Source of the DNA: a virus
IMG/VR virus record: IMGVR_UViG_3300002026_000004
Span: 1 to 64,000 of that record
Strand: one strand, 5' to 3'
Length of the DNA stretch: 64,000 nt
Below the pieces are notes generated by a model. It ran no database searches, was not told where the DNA came from, and worked only from the letters and a program-made list of their open reading frames with translations. The translations under genes and the position numbers were made by a program. Shown here one piece after another: positions 49,200-57,895 of this stretch (its first letter is position 1; every line of letters starts with the position of its first letter).

Positions 49200-49853
49200 C
49201 TAAACGAAACTCTTTAAACCTTGAATTATTCTATTTTGGTTATTCTGAGAAGCCCAAACTGTGTTAATCCATACGAAATTAGTATCAATGAATCCAACCT
49301 CTTCATTCTCAGAAATAGCATAAAACTGTATAGGTTTTATTAACTTTAAGTTCTTCTCCCTAATTAATGTTCTTACATACTGAGTTACCTTAGTTTCAGA
49401 TTCTTCTTTTCCATTATAAAAATAAGAATATCCATAAGCTTTATCCATATAATATATAATTTGATTAAAAAATTTATCTTGAGGATTATACTCGCGGTGT
49501 TTATTTGGATAGAACCTTTGATTCTTTGGAAACGATGGGAGTAGTGTAACATTCTTCATCTTTGCTATATTATACAAACGCCAATAACGTGGCTTTCTAG
49601 CGTTATTAGTTATTTCTGTACCAAAGTTCTTATTACGAGAATAAGAGTATTTGTTTAATAAATATCCTCTAAAATAAATGCCCTTCTTACCTGAAGGCCA
49701 TTGTTTAACACCTAGAACAACAGGTTGAACAATACGGGGGTGTTCAGGAGATTCTGCATCTGGAAAGAAAGGAGACTTATTTGAAGAGTAATTAAATTGA
49801 ATTGGGCAATTTAGAGAGATTGCCTGTTTGAATAATTTTTCATACTGTGCCAT
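49200..49853 (-). CDS. WYL-like domain protein
   Basis: IQFNY...RIVQPVVLG...FRGY...YWRLYNIAKM. Confidence 0.6.
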   Translation of the reverse strand: MAQYEKLFKQAISLNCPIQFNYSSNKSPFFPDAESPEHPRIVQPVVLGVKQWPSGKKGIYFRGYLLNKYSYSRNKNFGTEITNNARKPRYWRLYNIAKMKNVTLLPSFPKNQRFYPNKHREYNPQDKFFNQIIYYMDKAYGYSYFYNGKEESETKVTQYVRTLIREKNLKLIKPIQFYAISENEEVGFIDTNFVWINTVWASQNNQNRIIQGLKSFV

Positions 49854-49884
49854 GTATAATTAGTTATATTATAACTAATACCTA

Positions 49885-50136
49885 CTATCTATATAATTCC
49901 CAAGGGTCTTCTGGCAATTCTTCCGCTGTAACCCCTGCAAATGGGCAATGATTATCTGATTTCTGATAATCAACCCAATCTTTGAACTCTTTGTCTTTAA
50001 CAGCAATGTGAATTGCTTCTCTTTTACTTTTAGCTTCTACTTCTAAATAACAGCAATAATACTCTGTAGGGCCAGAACCGTCATCGCATATTGGCTCGAC
50101 TCTGGATAACTCTTTGCTATATACAGCATACTTCAT
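49885..50136 (-). CDS. Hypothetical protein
   Basis: ORF with AGGAG RBS. Confidence 0.6.
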   Translation of the reverse strand: MKYAVYSKELSRVEPICDDGSGPTEYYCCYLEVEAKSKREAIHIAVKDKEFKDWVDYQKSDNHCPFAGVTAEELPEDPWELYR

Positions 50137-50146
50137 TATAGTCTCC

Positions 50147-51412
50147 TTATACTAAGTTTTCTATCGTGACTTTATTATTGCTGAAATTCCTAACATTATA
50201 GTTCTCTAATTCTTCTAAGATATCATAGCCTTCATTTGAACAATTCTGTAAATCAATTTTGATAGCGTTAACTGAATGGTCCTCACTAACAATATAAATA
50301 TTCTGAGAAGCTCTGGACATAAACATTAAATCATTTGTAGAATAACTATTCCCTCCACATAATGAGGATGAACGATTAATATAATCAGAGATGGAAGCTG
50401 AGTGATAATGACCATAGAAAACACCATGAATAGTAATATTCCTATGAGAATAATTCTGTAATAAAGAACCTACTTGTTTCTCAATAGACCCTGATTTAAA
50501 AGTATGACCATGAAGTAATAAAGCATTATAGCCATTCTTTAATTGTACATAAGATTGAATATTATTTTTACTATTAATGAACTCTACTTTAGTCCCTGTA
50601 AATATCAATCTAAGATTATTAAAAATTAGATAGTCCCAGTTTTCTGATGATAGTAAATCAGAGCTTTCCATATCCTCATCTAAACGAGATTCATTGCCTA
50701 CTACAGAAGCTACATGAATATTAAAATATTTACTTAATTCTATTATTACCTGTTTATAAAGGTAAGTAGCTAATAATGATGCTCTAACTAATGAGGAGTT
50801 CTGTGCTAGTCTTTCTGAGAGCCTACGAGATGAATTAATAAGGTCACCAGTAAAGAATATATAAACATCGTTTACTTTAGCATACTTAAAGTAACTTATT
50901 GATTCTGTAACAAACTTCTTTAATCTTTTTGAAGCGATATCAAAATTAAAACTATTACCAAAAGATTCTGACTCATAAATAATCTCATTCAAATGATGGT
51001 CAGATAATTGCATTATTCCTATTTTACTCTTAGTATCAGTAACATGTTCTTTAATTTTGAACTTAGTTAAATCTACTGAGTTCATCACATCTACATATTC
51101 TGAGAATATTTCTTCTAATGAATTATATAAACGATAGGATTCTCGATTAGTCTTTCTAACTGAATTATTGATATCTAATAATCTTTGTTTCTGTGCTTCT
51201 AATTTAATTAAATCTTCTTCAGGAACTTCAATATCTATATTGTCTTTAAAATCTGCTACACATCTTCTTACTGTTCTTTTAAATGAATCTAAATACCAAG
51301 AGCAGTTATTATCTGAATTAAACTGAGTAAACATCTTATAAATATTATCTATAGATATTCCTTTTCTTACCTTATCTTCTATCCAAGCTCTTTTTGAGAA
51401 TAAATTGTTCAT
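50147..51412 (-). CDS. Calcineurin-like metallophosphoesterase with an N-terminal helical region
   Basis: LSDHH, FTGDLI, VGNESR, LHGH, GHYH. Confidence 0.85.
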   Translation of the reverse strand: MNNLFSKRAWIEDKVRKGISIDNIYKMFTQFNSDNNCSWYLDSFKRTVRRCVADFKDNIDIEVPEEDLIKLEAQKQRLLDINNSVRKTNRESYRLYNSLEEIFSEYVDVMNSVDLTKFKIKEHVTDTKSKIGIMQLSDHHLNEIIYESESFGNSFNFDIASKRLKKFVTESISYFKYAKVNDVYIFFTGDLINSSRRLSERLAQNSSLVRASLLATYLYKQVIIELSKYFNIHVASVVGNESRLDEDMESSDLLSSENWDYLIFNNLRLIFTGTKVEFINSKNNIQSYVQLKNGYNALLLHGHTFKSGSIEKQVGSLLQNYSHRNITIHGVFYGHYHSASISDYINRSSSLCGGNSYSTNDLMFMSRASQNIYIVSEDHSVNAIKIDLQNCSNEGYDILEELENYNVRNFSNNKVTIENLV

Positions 51413-51425
51413 TAACCCTCCGGTT

Positions 51426-51689
51426 TTATTTCCAAATATTTAGAATTTTCTTTCTATTGATAATAAGTAGTATATATCCAAGTATCCGATATAAATAAAA
51501 TACTTTACCGAAATGAGTAAGATACTCTACCCCCGTAGATTTACCACCCTTATAACTTTTGTTAGTCATGCTACAAGCAAACATATTCACTTTTGTTGAT
51601 ATTTTTTTATGGTCGGGGTCAAGCTCAAATATGGTATCTGAGTATTTCTGGTCAATCTTCTTACCAAGCTCATAGAAAAACTTATTCAT
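51426..51689 (-). CDS. Hypothetical early protein
   Basis: First gene after a sigma70-type promoter. Confidence 0.55.
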   Translation of the reverse strand: MNKFFYELGKKIDQKYSDTIFELDPDHKKISTKVNMFACSMTNKSYKGGKSTGVEYLTHFGKVFYLYRILGYILLIINRKKILNIWK

Positions 51690-51708
51690 TTATAGTACCT
51701 CTATATAG

Positions 51709-51737
51709 AGTATATACTATTTTTTGTCAAATGTCAA
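51709..51737 (-). promoter_or_regulatory. Early sigma70-type promoter
   Basis: TTGACA-N17-TATACT. Confidence 0.85.
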
Positions 51738-51744
51738 GTAAAAT

Positions 51745-52182
51745 CTAATATTTCTTTGATTTATTAAATACATCCTGACGAGAACCTTGTTGTCCTAATT
51801 TAGCAATACTTTTATCAACATTTTCTGTAGGAACAACATTTTTTACTATATGAGTTAATATCGTTAATAAATCTTTATCTGCATTTAAATAGTATTCTAC
51901 AGCTTCATTATTCGTTTTAAACCCCTTAGTTCTTTTAACTTGAAGGATATTAGATTTTAGTGCATCTGAAAGTAAGCCTTTTTGTATAATCAATCTAAAT
52001 AATTCTAATGGTGTATCTAAAATAATTTCATCACCAGAATCTGCATCATAAAAATCTGTTGACATTATTTTGTCTAAGTTTTGAGCATACATTTTTCTAT
52101 TAGGGATTACTAACTTAACCAATTGCTGTAGTGATACTTTTTCTTTTAATCTATTTTCCAATAATGTTACTTTAATTTTCAT
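51745..52182 (-). CDS. Hypothetical protein with a putative capsid-targeting N-terminus
   Basis: MKIKVTLLE; AAGGAG RBS. Confidence 0.6.
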   Translation of the reverse strand: MKIKVTLLENRLKEKVSLQQLVKLVIPNRKMYAQNLDKIMSTDFYDADSGDEIILDTPLELFRLIIQKGLLSDALKSNILQVKRTKGFKTNNEAVEYYLNADKDLLTILTHIVKNVVPTENVDKSIAKLGQQGSRQDVFNKSKKY

Positions 52183-52258
52183 TTCATCTCCTTAATGCAA
52201 AACTAAGATAGATTAAGTATAATCCTAATAAGCCCATTATACCTAATATTCCTAACAA

Positions 52259-52486
52259 TTATAGTCCAGCGTCTAATAGCTTTTTATAATAATCAGGAAC
52301 TTCTCGTAAATGGTCCCTTGCTACCCATTCATATACTAAATCTTCATCAGGAAATTCTGAGTGTTCTTCATACCAGTCTCGTATTTTTTGATACATAGTT
52401 CTGTGTTCTTTTTCTACAGAAATTCCTGTTTTCAATTGTCCAGCATCAATGGGGTCAGTTTCATATAATCTAAGTTTGTAGTTCAT
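52259..52486 (-). CDS. DUF5661-like protein
   Basis: QLKTGISVEKEH...VARDHLREVPDYYKKL. Confidence 0.75.
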   Translation of the reverse strand: MNYKLRLYETDPIDAGQLKTGISVEKEHRTMYQKIRDWYEEHSEFPDEDLVYEWVARDHLREVPDYYKKLLDAGL

Positions 52487-52497
52487 ATTAAATTAGT

Positions 52498-52527
52498 AAG
52501 GACCAACACATTTAAGTATTGGTCCTT
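52498..52527 (-). terminator. Terminator hairpin abutting a late promoter
   Basis: AAGGACCAATAC-ttaaat-GTGTTGGTCCTT, then ACTAATTT. Confidence 0.7.
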
Positions 52528-52531
52528 TTAT

Positions 52532-52726
52532 TTACTCATCGTCAGATTTTATATACTTATTAATTAGGTACTCTGAGTAACCCATTCCTGCTAAGAAACG
52601 TGAAAATAAATCACAAACTTCTCCAATAGTAGCGGCTTCCATCCCTTCTTTAGAAATAACAGTATCATGATAATACTCTATATCCTCTTCAGTCATATCT
52701 TCAGTTGTAAACATAAATTGAATCAT
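52532..52726 (-). CDS. Hypothetical protein
   Basis: ORF with RBS; FSRFLAGMGY. Confidence 0.6.
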   Translation of the reverse strand: MIQFMFTTEDMTEEDIEYYHDTVISKEGMEAATIGEVCDLFSRFLAGMGYSEYLINKYIKSDDE

Positions 52727-52735
52727 AGTTATCTC

Positions 52736-53068
52736 CTATCTATTATCACCAGAGCCATTAATGGTTCCAGCTTCTTTACGAGATTGTAATTTAGCAATAT
52801 TATATATAGCTACGTCTTCTAAAGTAAACCCTAATTCTTTTGATAATGTTGCTGAATACCAAAGTACATCAGAAACTTCATCCATAATCTTTACTTTTAA
52901 TTCTTCAGTAAAAACTCCATTAGCATCTCTTAATACTTTCTTTACCTTACCAGCAACCTCCCCTGCTTCTGAAGCTAATCCTAATGCTGTATATAGAATA
53001 GGTATATTCCCACCTCTAGGATAGATAGCTGTTGACATTGCCTTTTCTTGGTACTCATTAAAATCCAT
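52736..53068 (-). CDS. mazG: MazG-like nucleotide pyrophosphohydrolase
   Basis: MDFNEYQ, LGLASEAGEVAGKVKK, DEVSDVLWY, NIAKL..R. Confidence 0.92.
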   Translation of the reverse strand: MDFNEYQEKAMSTAIYPRGGNIPILYTALGLASEAGEVAGKVKKVLRDANGVFTEELKVKIMDEVSDVLWYSATLSKELGFTLEDVAIYNIAKLQSRKEAGTINGSGDNR

Positions 53069-53256
53069 TAATAATCTCCTCTAAATATAGATTCTCCTGT
53101 TGTATTCCAGTAAATTCTAAAATTTCCTTTTTCTGCATAGTAATAAGATATATCCTCACTCTCTATTAGTTTAACAATACACCTAAGTAATAGTAACTCT
53201 AAAGTTTCTCTATCTTTGTCTTTTATTCTTTTAGTAATCTCATCAATGTAATTCAT
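53068..53256 (-). CDS. Hypothetical protein
   Basis: Operonic ORF. Confidence 0.55.
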   Translation of the reverse strand: MNYIDEITKRIKDKDRETLELLLLRCIVKLIESEDISYYYAEKGNFRIYWNTTGESIFRGDY

Positions 53257-53535
53257 TTACTTTACCCCTGTAATTGTTTCCATTTCACATTTCTGAATAG
53301 GTTCAAACCCTACTTGATTTTGACTCTTAATTACTTTCATACTGTGAATAAAAACCCCATTAGAATTCTTAAACCCCCGTAATTTACATTTAGGACAAGT
53401 TTCTATTTTAATAGCTTGGTTTCCTGTAGGCCCAACAATAATATGGTCATCAGTTTCTGAATTAATAAAATCAATATAATCTCCTGATTGTAATTCATAC
53501 ATTAAGTTTAATATACCCAATTTATTTAATTCCAC
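53257..53535 (-). CDS. Hypothetical protein with CPKC
   Basis: Operonic ORF. Confidence 0.55.
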   Translation of the reverse strand: MELNKLGILNLMYELQSGDYIDFINSETDDHIIVGPTGNQAIKIETCPKCKLRGFKNSNGVFIHSMKVIKSQNQVGFEPIQKCEMETITGVK

Positions 53536-54112
53536 CTAATTTCTCATAAGAAAAATAACAATTTCTATAAGTTTTTTTCTTTGTTTTGTTGTTACAAATC
53601 TGAGATATTCTTCCAATACTAAAACCCAATTTCTTTAACTGAGATAAAGACTCATACTCCTTTATTAAAACTTTATTTAAATCATATTGATACACTTTTT
53701 TTTCTTCATATAAAAATCCTCTATTTCCTTTTGAAACAATTTCTTTATATGAATGAGTATTATTTTCATTCATTGATACCCATTCTAGGTTTTCTATTCT
53801 ATTATCTTTTTTATTTCCATTAATATGATTAGTATAAGGTTTATCTTCAGGAGATAGACCTAAAAATGCTTGAATAATAAATCTATGCGCTAAAAACTTT
53901 TTATAAACTTTTGGTTCTATACAAACATTAAAACCTAAATAGCCATGATTATGATTATAAAAAGATATTTCTTTGCTTTTTCTTTGCTTTAATAAAGGAT
54001 AGTGCTTAAACATATCATTAAACTTCTCTGCATCGAATAATAAACGCCCATCTGAACAAGCAATAATAAAAGGATATGTGGGGTGAGGTCTTGTACTAAA
54101 AATATTATTCAT
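53522..54112 (-). mobile_element. HNH homing endonuclease with a NUMOD1-like C-terminus; start reassigned to 54112
   Basis: AHRFIIQAF, NHINGNKKDNRIENLEWVS...N; KVYQYDLNKVLIKEYES. Confidence 0.88.
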
Positions 54113-54686
54113 TATATTGACCCAACTTTGCATATTTTTGAACATCTAATATCGATGTTCTCCAATAATTTTCTTTATACTCCATATCCCAAACAAACCA
54201 ACCAGTAACAAGATTTCCAACATGAAAAAGTCCATCATCCCTGTGAGGAGTTCTATAATCCACTTGTCTATTAAATAAATAGACATATTTTAAATTATTC
54301 CATATACCTTCATTATTTCTCTTATACGCTCCAAAGAAATTAACTTTACCTAGAAAAATAAAACTCTTTGAAACTTTTTTAGCTTGAACAACAAAGTCAT
54401 CAAAAATAGAAAAAGCAGGATTAGTAATGATTAAATCTTTTTTTTCATTATCTAATAAAAAGTCTTTTCCTGTTGTTCTTATATCATCACAGATTGTTTC
54501 TATTCCTAAAGTATTTAAAGCCGAGGATAATGAGTTATTTCCTGCCGCTGGTTCATAAGCCAATTGAACTTCATCTAAAATATTTGTTTGTTCTTTTAAA
54601 ACCCATATTAAAGATTTTGGCGTCTCATAAAAATCTGCTTCAGGTCTTTCTGATAAAGGTTTTCTATTAGCATAAGCTTTCCCCAT
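54105..54686 (-). CDS. N6-adenine DNA methyltransferase
   Basis: DFYETP, YEPAAG, DFL, IITNPAF (NPPF variant). Confidence 0.8.
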   Translation of the reverse strand: MGKAYANRKPLSERPEADFYETPKSLIWVLKEQTNILDEVQLAYEPAAGNNSLSSALNTLGIETICDDIRTTGKDFLLDNEKKDLIITNPAFSIFDDFVVQAKKVSKSFIFLGKVNFFGAYKRNNEGIWNNLKYVYLFNRQVDYRTPHRDDGLFHVGNLVTGWFVWDMEYKENYWRTSILDVQKYAKLGQYNE

Positions 54687-55366
54687 TATACTTCCTCAAT
54701 AAGTCTATTTCTAATTTCTAGCATAGCTAAATCATATACTTCTTTTAATTTACTATTAAGATAAGAATCTCTAAACTTCTGTAGAGTTGTATTCTTTCTA
54801 AAAGTCTGTAAAAACATAATAGATAGAATCATCATATCTCTATTACTTAATCCTAATGTATCCTTTAAATCTACAACAACTGAAATCACTGTTCTAATTG
54901 CTAAATCTTCAGTATGATATAGTTTTAATACAGGGTCTTCAACCTCAGTAGAAGGACTCCAAAAGGGTTTCATTGATAGTGTTGTTTGTAGTTCTTCTAA
55001 TTCCTTTTCAGAGGAAGCATTAGAAATAATAGAGTTTAAGGATAATATTCTATCATCCTTTCTATTCTTTTGTCCATATAAAACTTCTAATACTTTATAT
55101 CTAAGAACTCCTCCAAAGGATATCTCAATCATATACTCAGGATTTTTTTCATACTGTTCTAAAAATACCATAGTACATTCTACTGCTTTAGAAAAAACAT
55201 AATCAGGGTTTAAGAACTTTTTACCCTTAGTCATCTTTAATATCATTGACCTTGAGTATTGAACTAATAATCCAAACATTTCTTGATAAGCAACCTTGTC
55301 ATTACATAATCGCCATTTCCTTTGTAATTCATATAGTCTAATTTCTGTTTCAGAGCGTATTCCCAT
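54686..55366 (-). CDS. Sigma-factor-like protein (region 2-like, no clear region 4); candidate late sigma. Start reassigned to 55366
   Basis: Helical pattern DKVAYQEMF...SKAVECTMVFLEQY...SFGGVLRY...LSLN; co-transcribed with the clamp-like gene. Confidence 0.5.
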   Translation of the reverse strand: MGIRSETEIRLYELQRKWRLCNDKVAYQEMFGLLVQYSRSMILKMTKGKKFLNPDYVFSKAVECTMVFLEQYEKNPEYMIEISFGGVLRYKVLEVLYGQKNRKDDRILSLNSIISNASSEKELEELQTTLSMKPFWSPSTEVEDPVLKLYHTEDLAIRTVISVVVDLKDTLGLSNRDMMILSIMFLQTFRKNTTLQKFRDSYLNSKLKEVYDLAMLEIRNRLIEEV

Positions 55367-55376
55367 ATTTATTTCC

Positions 55377-56573
55377 TTAAATAATAAACTTTTGAATATA
55401 AATTTGCGATACACCTTTTAAGTATACTGCTCGTTTTTCATCAATATATACTTCAATATCTGAATCAGGAGATTCCTTAGCTAAGAAATCTTTTATTGAA
55501 TCATAGATGATTAATGCTGTTTCATCATTAGTAAATGTATTAGAAACTTGAATAGTCTTTTCTATTGAACAAGCTCCAAAACCTGAAACTCCTGAATCTC
55601 TTAAAAAGAACTTAAAGTCTTGAGTTCCTTTAACAATCTCAATTCCTAATACCTTGAACTCAGATGACGATGTATAATATCCTGAAAAGAACTTAATTGC
55701 ATCTAAAAGAACTGAAGCTTTTATTGTAGCAATTCTTACATCAGGTTTAATAGTTAGTAAATCTTCTTGAGAAGGTGGAACAGCATTACTCATAGCGTTT
55801 GAGAATAGTCCAATAAACCCTTGAGCAATAATAATCATTTTATCTTTTTCTTTATTGATTCTCATTTCATAAGGTTTCTCTGTATCCAAAGATTCATAAT
55901 ATAATTTTAGATTCTTTTTATGAATAGGAATAAAGGAAGTTAAATCTGTAGCAAAATTAGCTGATTGAATAAAGACATGACGAACATCATTAACAATAAG
56001 CATATTTGAATATAGTGAAGCGGCATTGTTTTTATTCTCATCCTTTCCAAAGAAAGAAGATGATTTTTCAATAGCGGAATATAAGCATTGGCATTGTTCT
56101 TTATTTGTAGTTGAAGAAAATGAATGATAATCTTTCCAATCAAAAACTAATAGTGCTTCCTTCTCTTCTATTCTTTTATTCTCTATCTTAAAATTAGGTA
56201 GTGATAGTCTATCCTTATTAAGACTAATAATAAACTCTGAAGTTTCTCCACTTTGAATTAAAGTAATTACTAGTTCATTTCTCTGGTCATTTGAATACTG
56301 ATTTAGGGTATACATAAACTTATTAAAATCAATATACGTTCCTACTAAGGAAGGTAATTCCTCTTCTTCTAAAGAAGCACTTAATCCTACAGGTAATGTA
56401 ATTTTAACTATAGAAGTAGGGTCTTGAAGAATAATACCAACTTCTGACTTTTCTTGAGAAAATGTAAAAATTGCATTTAATGAACCAAATGTAGAAATTG
56501 GATTTAATAGAGATAATGTCTTTTCTAAATGCATAATAGAACTAAAGTCTATATTAGATAACTGTAACTTCAT
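55377..56573 (-). CDS. Putative DNA sliding clamp (beta-clamp-sized)
   Basis: Repeating alpha/beta pattern, ~400 aa, replication-class promoter. Confidence 0.45.
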   Translation of the reverse strand: MKLQLSNIDFSSIMHLEKTLSLLNPISTFGSLNAIFTFSQEKSEVGIILQDPTSIVKITLPVGLSASLEEEELPSLVGTYIDFNKFMYTLNQYSNDQRNELVITLIQSGETSEFIISLNKDRLSLPNFKIENKRIEEKEALLVFDWKDYHSFSSTTNKEQCQCLYSAIEKSSSFFGKDENKNNAASLYSNMLIVNDVRHVFIQSANFATDLTSFIPIHKKNLKLYYESLDTEKPYEMRINKEKDKMIIIAQGFIGLFSNAMSNAVPPSQEDLLTIKPDVRIATIKASVLLDAIKFFSGYYTSSSEFKVLGIEIVKGTQDFKFFLRDSGVSGFGACSIEKTIQVSNTFTNDETALIIYDSIKDFLAKESPDSDIEVYIDEKRAVYLKGVSQIYIQKFII

Positions 56574-56606
56574 TTCTGTTTACTCCTATTTATTCTGTTC
56601 ATTGTA

Positions 56607-56635
56607 AGTATATACCAAATATCCTATTTTGGCTA
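56607..56635 (-). promoter_or_regulatory. Middle-class promoter TAGCCA-N17-TATACT
   Basis: Exact motif, followed by TACAATGA as at 26225. Confidence 0.75.
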
Positions 56636-56645
56636 CTAAAAACTA

Positions 56646-56674
56646 TTGACAATTTGTCATAGTAGTTGTATACT
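56646..56674 (+). promoter_or_regulatory. Early sigma70-type promoter
   Basis: TTGACA-N17-TATACT. Confidence 0.85.
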
Positions 56675-56691
56675 ATTGAAAGGAGCCACAA

Positions 56692-57273
56692 ATGAATAAA
56701 GCAACAGAGTTGGATTACTTCTTAGTAAAAAGAATTAAGGAAAATAACGATGATAGTAGTAAACTAAAGCTATTTTACAAGTATAAGTACCTAGTTAAAG
56801 GAATGTATAATGAAAGCCTTTATTGGCTTAAAAGCTATATATCTGAAGAAGATTTTATTAATGAATCATATTTTGCTTTTATTAAGGCATTAGATTATTG
56901 CGATTTAACAAAAGTGTATTCACCTGAAAAATGGTTATTTCTAGGTTGTTTTAAAGATTGGTTATCTAACACAATTAGATTAATAAATGAAAAAGAAATG
57001 AGAATTTCTTATGTAAATGAAGATATTTTTAATATAGAAAGTTTTACATCCACCGTTAATAGAGAAAATAATAAAACTCTTAATGATATTCATGTTGATA
57101 AGTTCTATCAAAGCTTAAATGATAAAGAAAAAATAATCTTTTTTTATCGTTATAATTATGGTAAAGAGGATTATTCTATTCGTAGGCTTGCTGAAATGCT
57201 TGGATGTTCCCATCAATGGGTAAGTATTATGAATAAAAAGATTATAAAGAAATGGAAACATTATACATCGTAA
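56692..57273 (+). CDS. Phage sigma70-family factor (regions 2 and 4); candidate middle sigma
   Basis: LFYKYKYLV...EDFINESYFAFIKAL; LNDKEKIIF...YSIRRLAEMLGCSHQWVS (HTH). Confidence 0.8.
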   Translation: MNKATELDYFLVKRIKENNDDSSKLKLFYKYKYLVKGMYNESLYWLKSYISEEDFINESYFAFIKALDYCDLTKVYSPEKWLFLGCFKDWLSNTIRLINEKEMRISYVNEDIFNIESFTSTVNRENNKTLNDIHVDKFYQSLNDKEKIIFFYRYNYGKEDYSIRRLAEMLGCSHQWVSIMNKKIIKKWKHYTS

Positions 57274-57333
57274 TAAAAGTGAGAGCCACGTTGGAGGGGA
57301 ACGTGACTCTCTAAAAGGGAGGTAGGAGGACAT
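57272..57333 (-). ncRNA. Candidate ~60-nt late small RNA with three CCUCC anti-SD motifs
   Basis: ACTAATTA at 57336-57343; UCCUCCUACCUCCCUUUU, then a 12-bp stem with a CCCCUCC loop and a U-tract; stem fully paired only on the minus strand (G-U versus C-A). Confidence 0.55.
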
Positions 57334-57339
57334 AATAAT

Positions 57340-57358
57340 TAGTGAGATTAACTCACTA
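57340..57358 (-). terminator. Hairpin after hsp20, overlapping the late promoter
   Basis: TAGTGAG-ttaat-CTCACTA. Confidence 0.5.
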
Positions 57359-57363
57359 TATGT

Positions 57364-57798
57364 TTATTTTACCTTAATGTTTATTGATTTTGGTTTAGCT
57401 ACTTCTTTTGAAGGAATCTCAATAGAGAGCAATCCATTCTCAATTTTAGCTTCTACCTTATCCACATCATAATGGGATATTGGTACGAAGAACTTAGCCT
57501 CTGCTTTGCACTTTTTAATTCCCTTCTGACGATACATAACTTTTTCTGTTTCTTCTTTTGGTGTTAATTTTAATACTAAATAATCATTAGTAAAATCAAC
57601 AGAAACTTCCTCATCAGAATACCCAGCAATAGCAAACTTATAAAGTAAAGAATTATCTTCTTTCTTAATAATGTCGCAAGGAGGGAATGCTGAAGAAACG
57701 AAAATGTCTGGTAATTTGGATGGAGCAAACGTGTTGAAGTCATCGAGAAATTCATCAATCAAGTCAGAAAAGGAACCTAAGCGATAGTGGGAGTTCAT
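57364..57798 (-). CDS. Small heat-shock protein (Hsp20); start reassigned to 57798
   Basis: FPPCDI, FAIAGY, AKIENGLLSIEIP, PKSINI; AGGAGG RBS. Confidence 0.92.
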   Translation of the reverse strand: MNSHYRLGSFSDLIDEFLDDFNTFAPSKLPDIFVSSAFPPCDIIKKEDNSLLYKFAIAGYSDEEVSVDFTNDYLVLKLTPKEETEKVMYRQKGIKKCKAEAKFFVPISHYDVDKVEAKIENGLLSIEIPSKEVAKPKSINIKVK

Positions 57799-57895
57799 AA
57801 AGAACCTCCTTAATAATATATACTTCTCCATACAGAGCAAGTTTCGATTAATTAGATTTCTACATATATAGACAATCTATATAATTAGTAGTTTA

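Noticed and set aside
57115-57333. 72-aa minus-strand ORF
   Set aside because: Antisense to the sigma gene and runs through a strong terminator; better explained as a small RNA, though a leaderless peptide is not excluded
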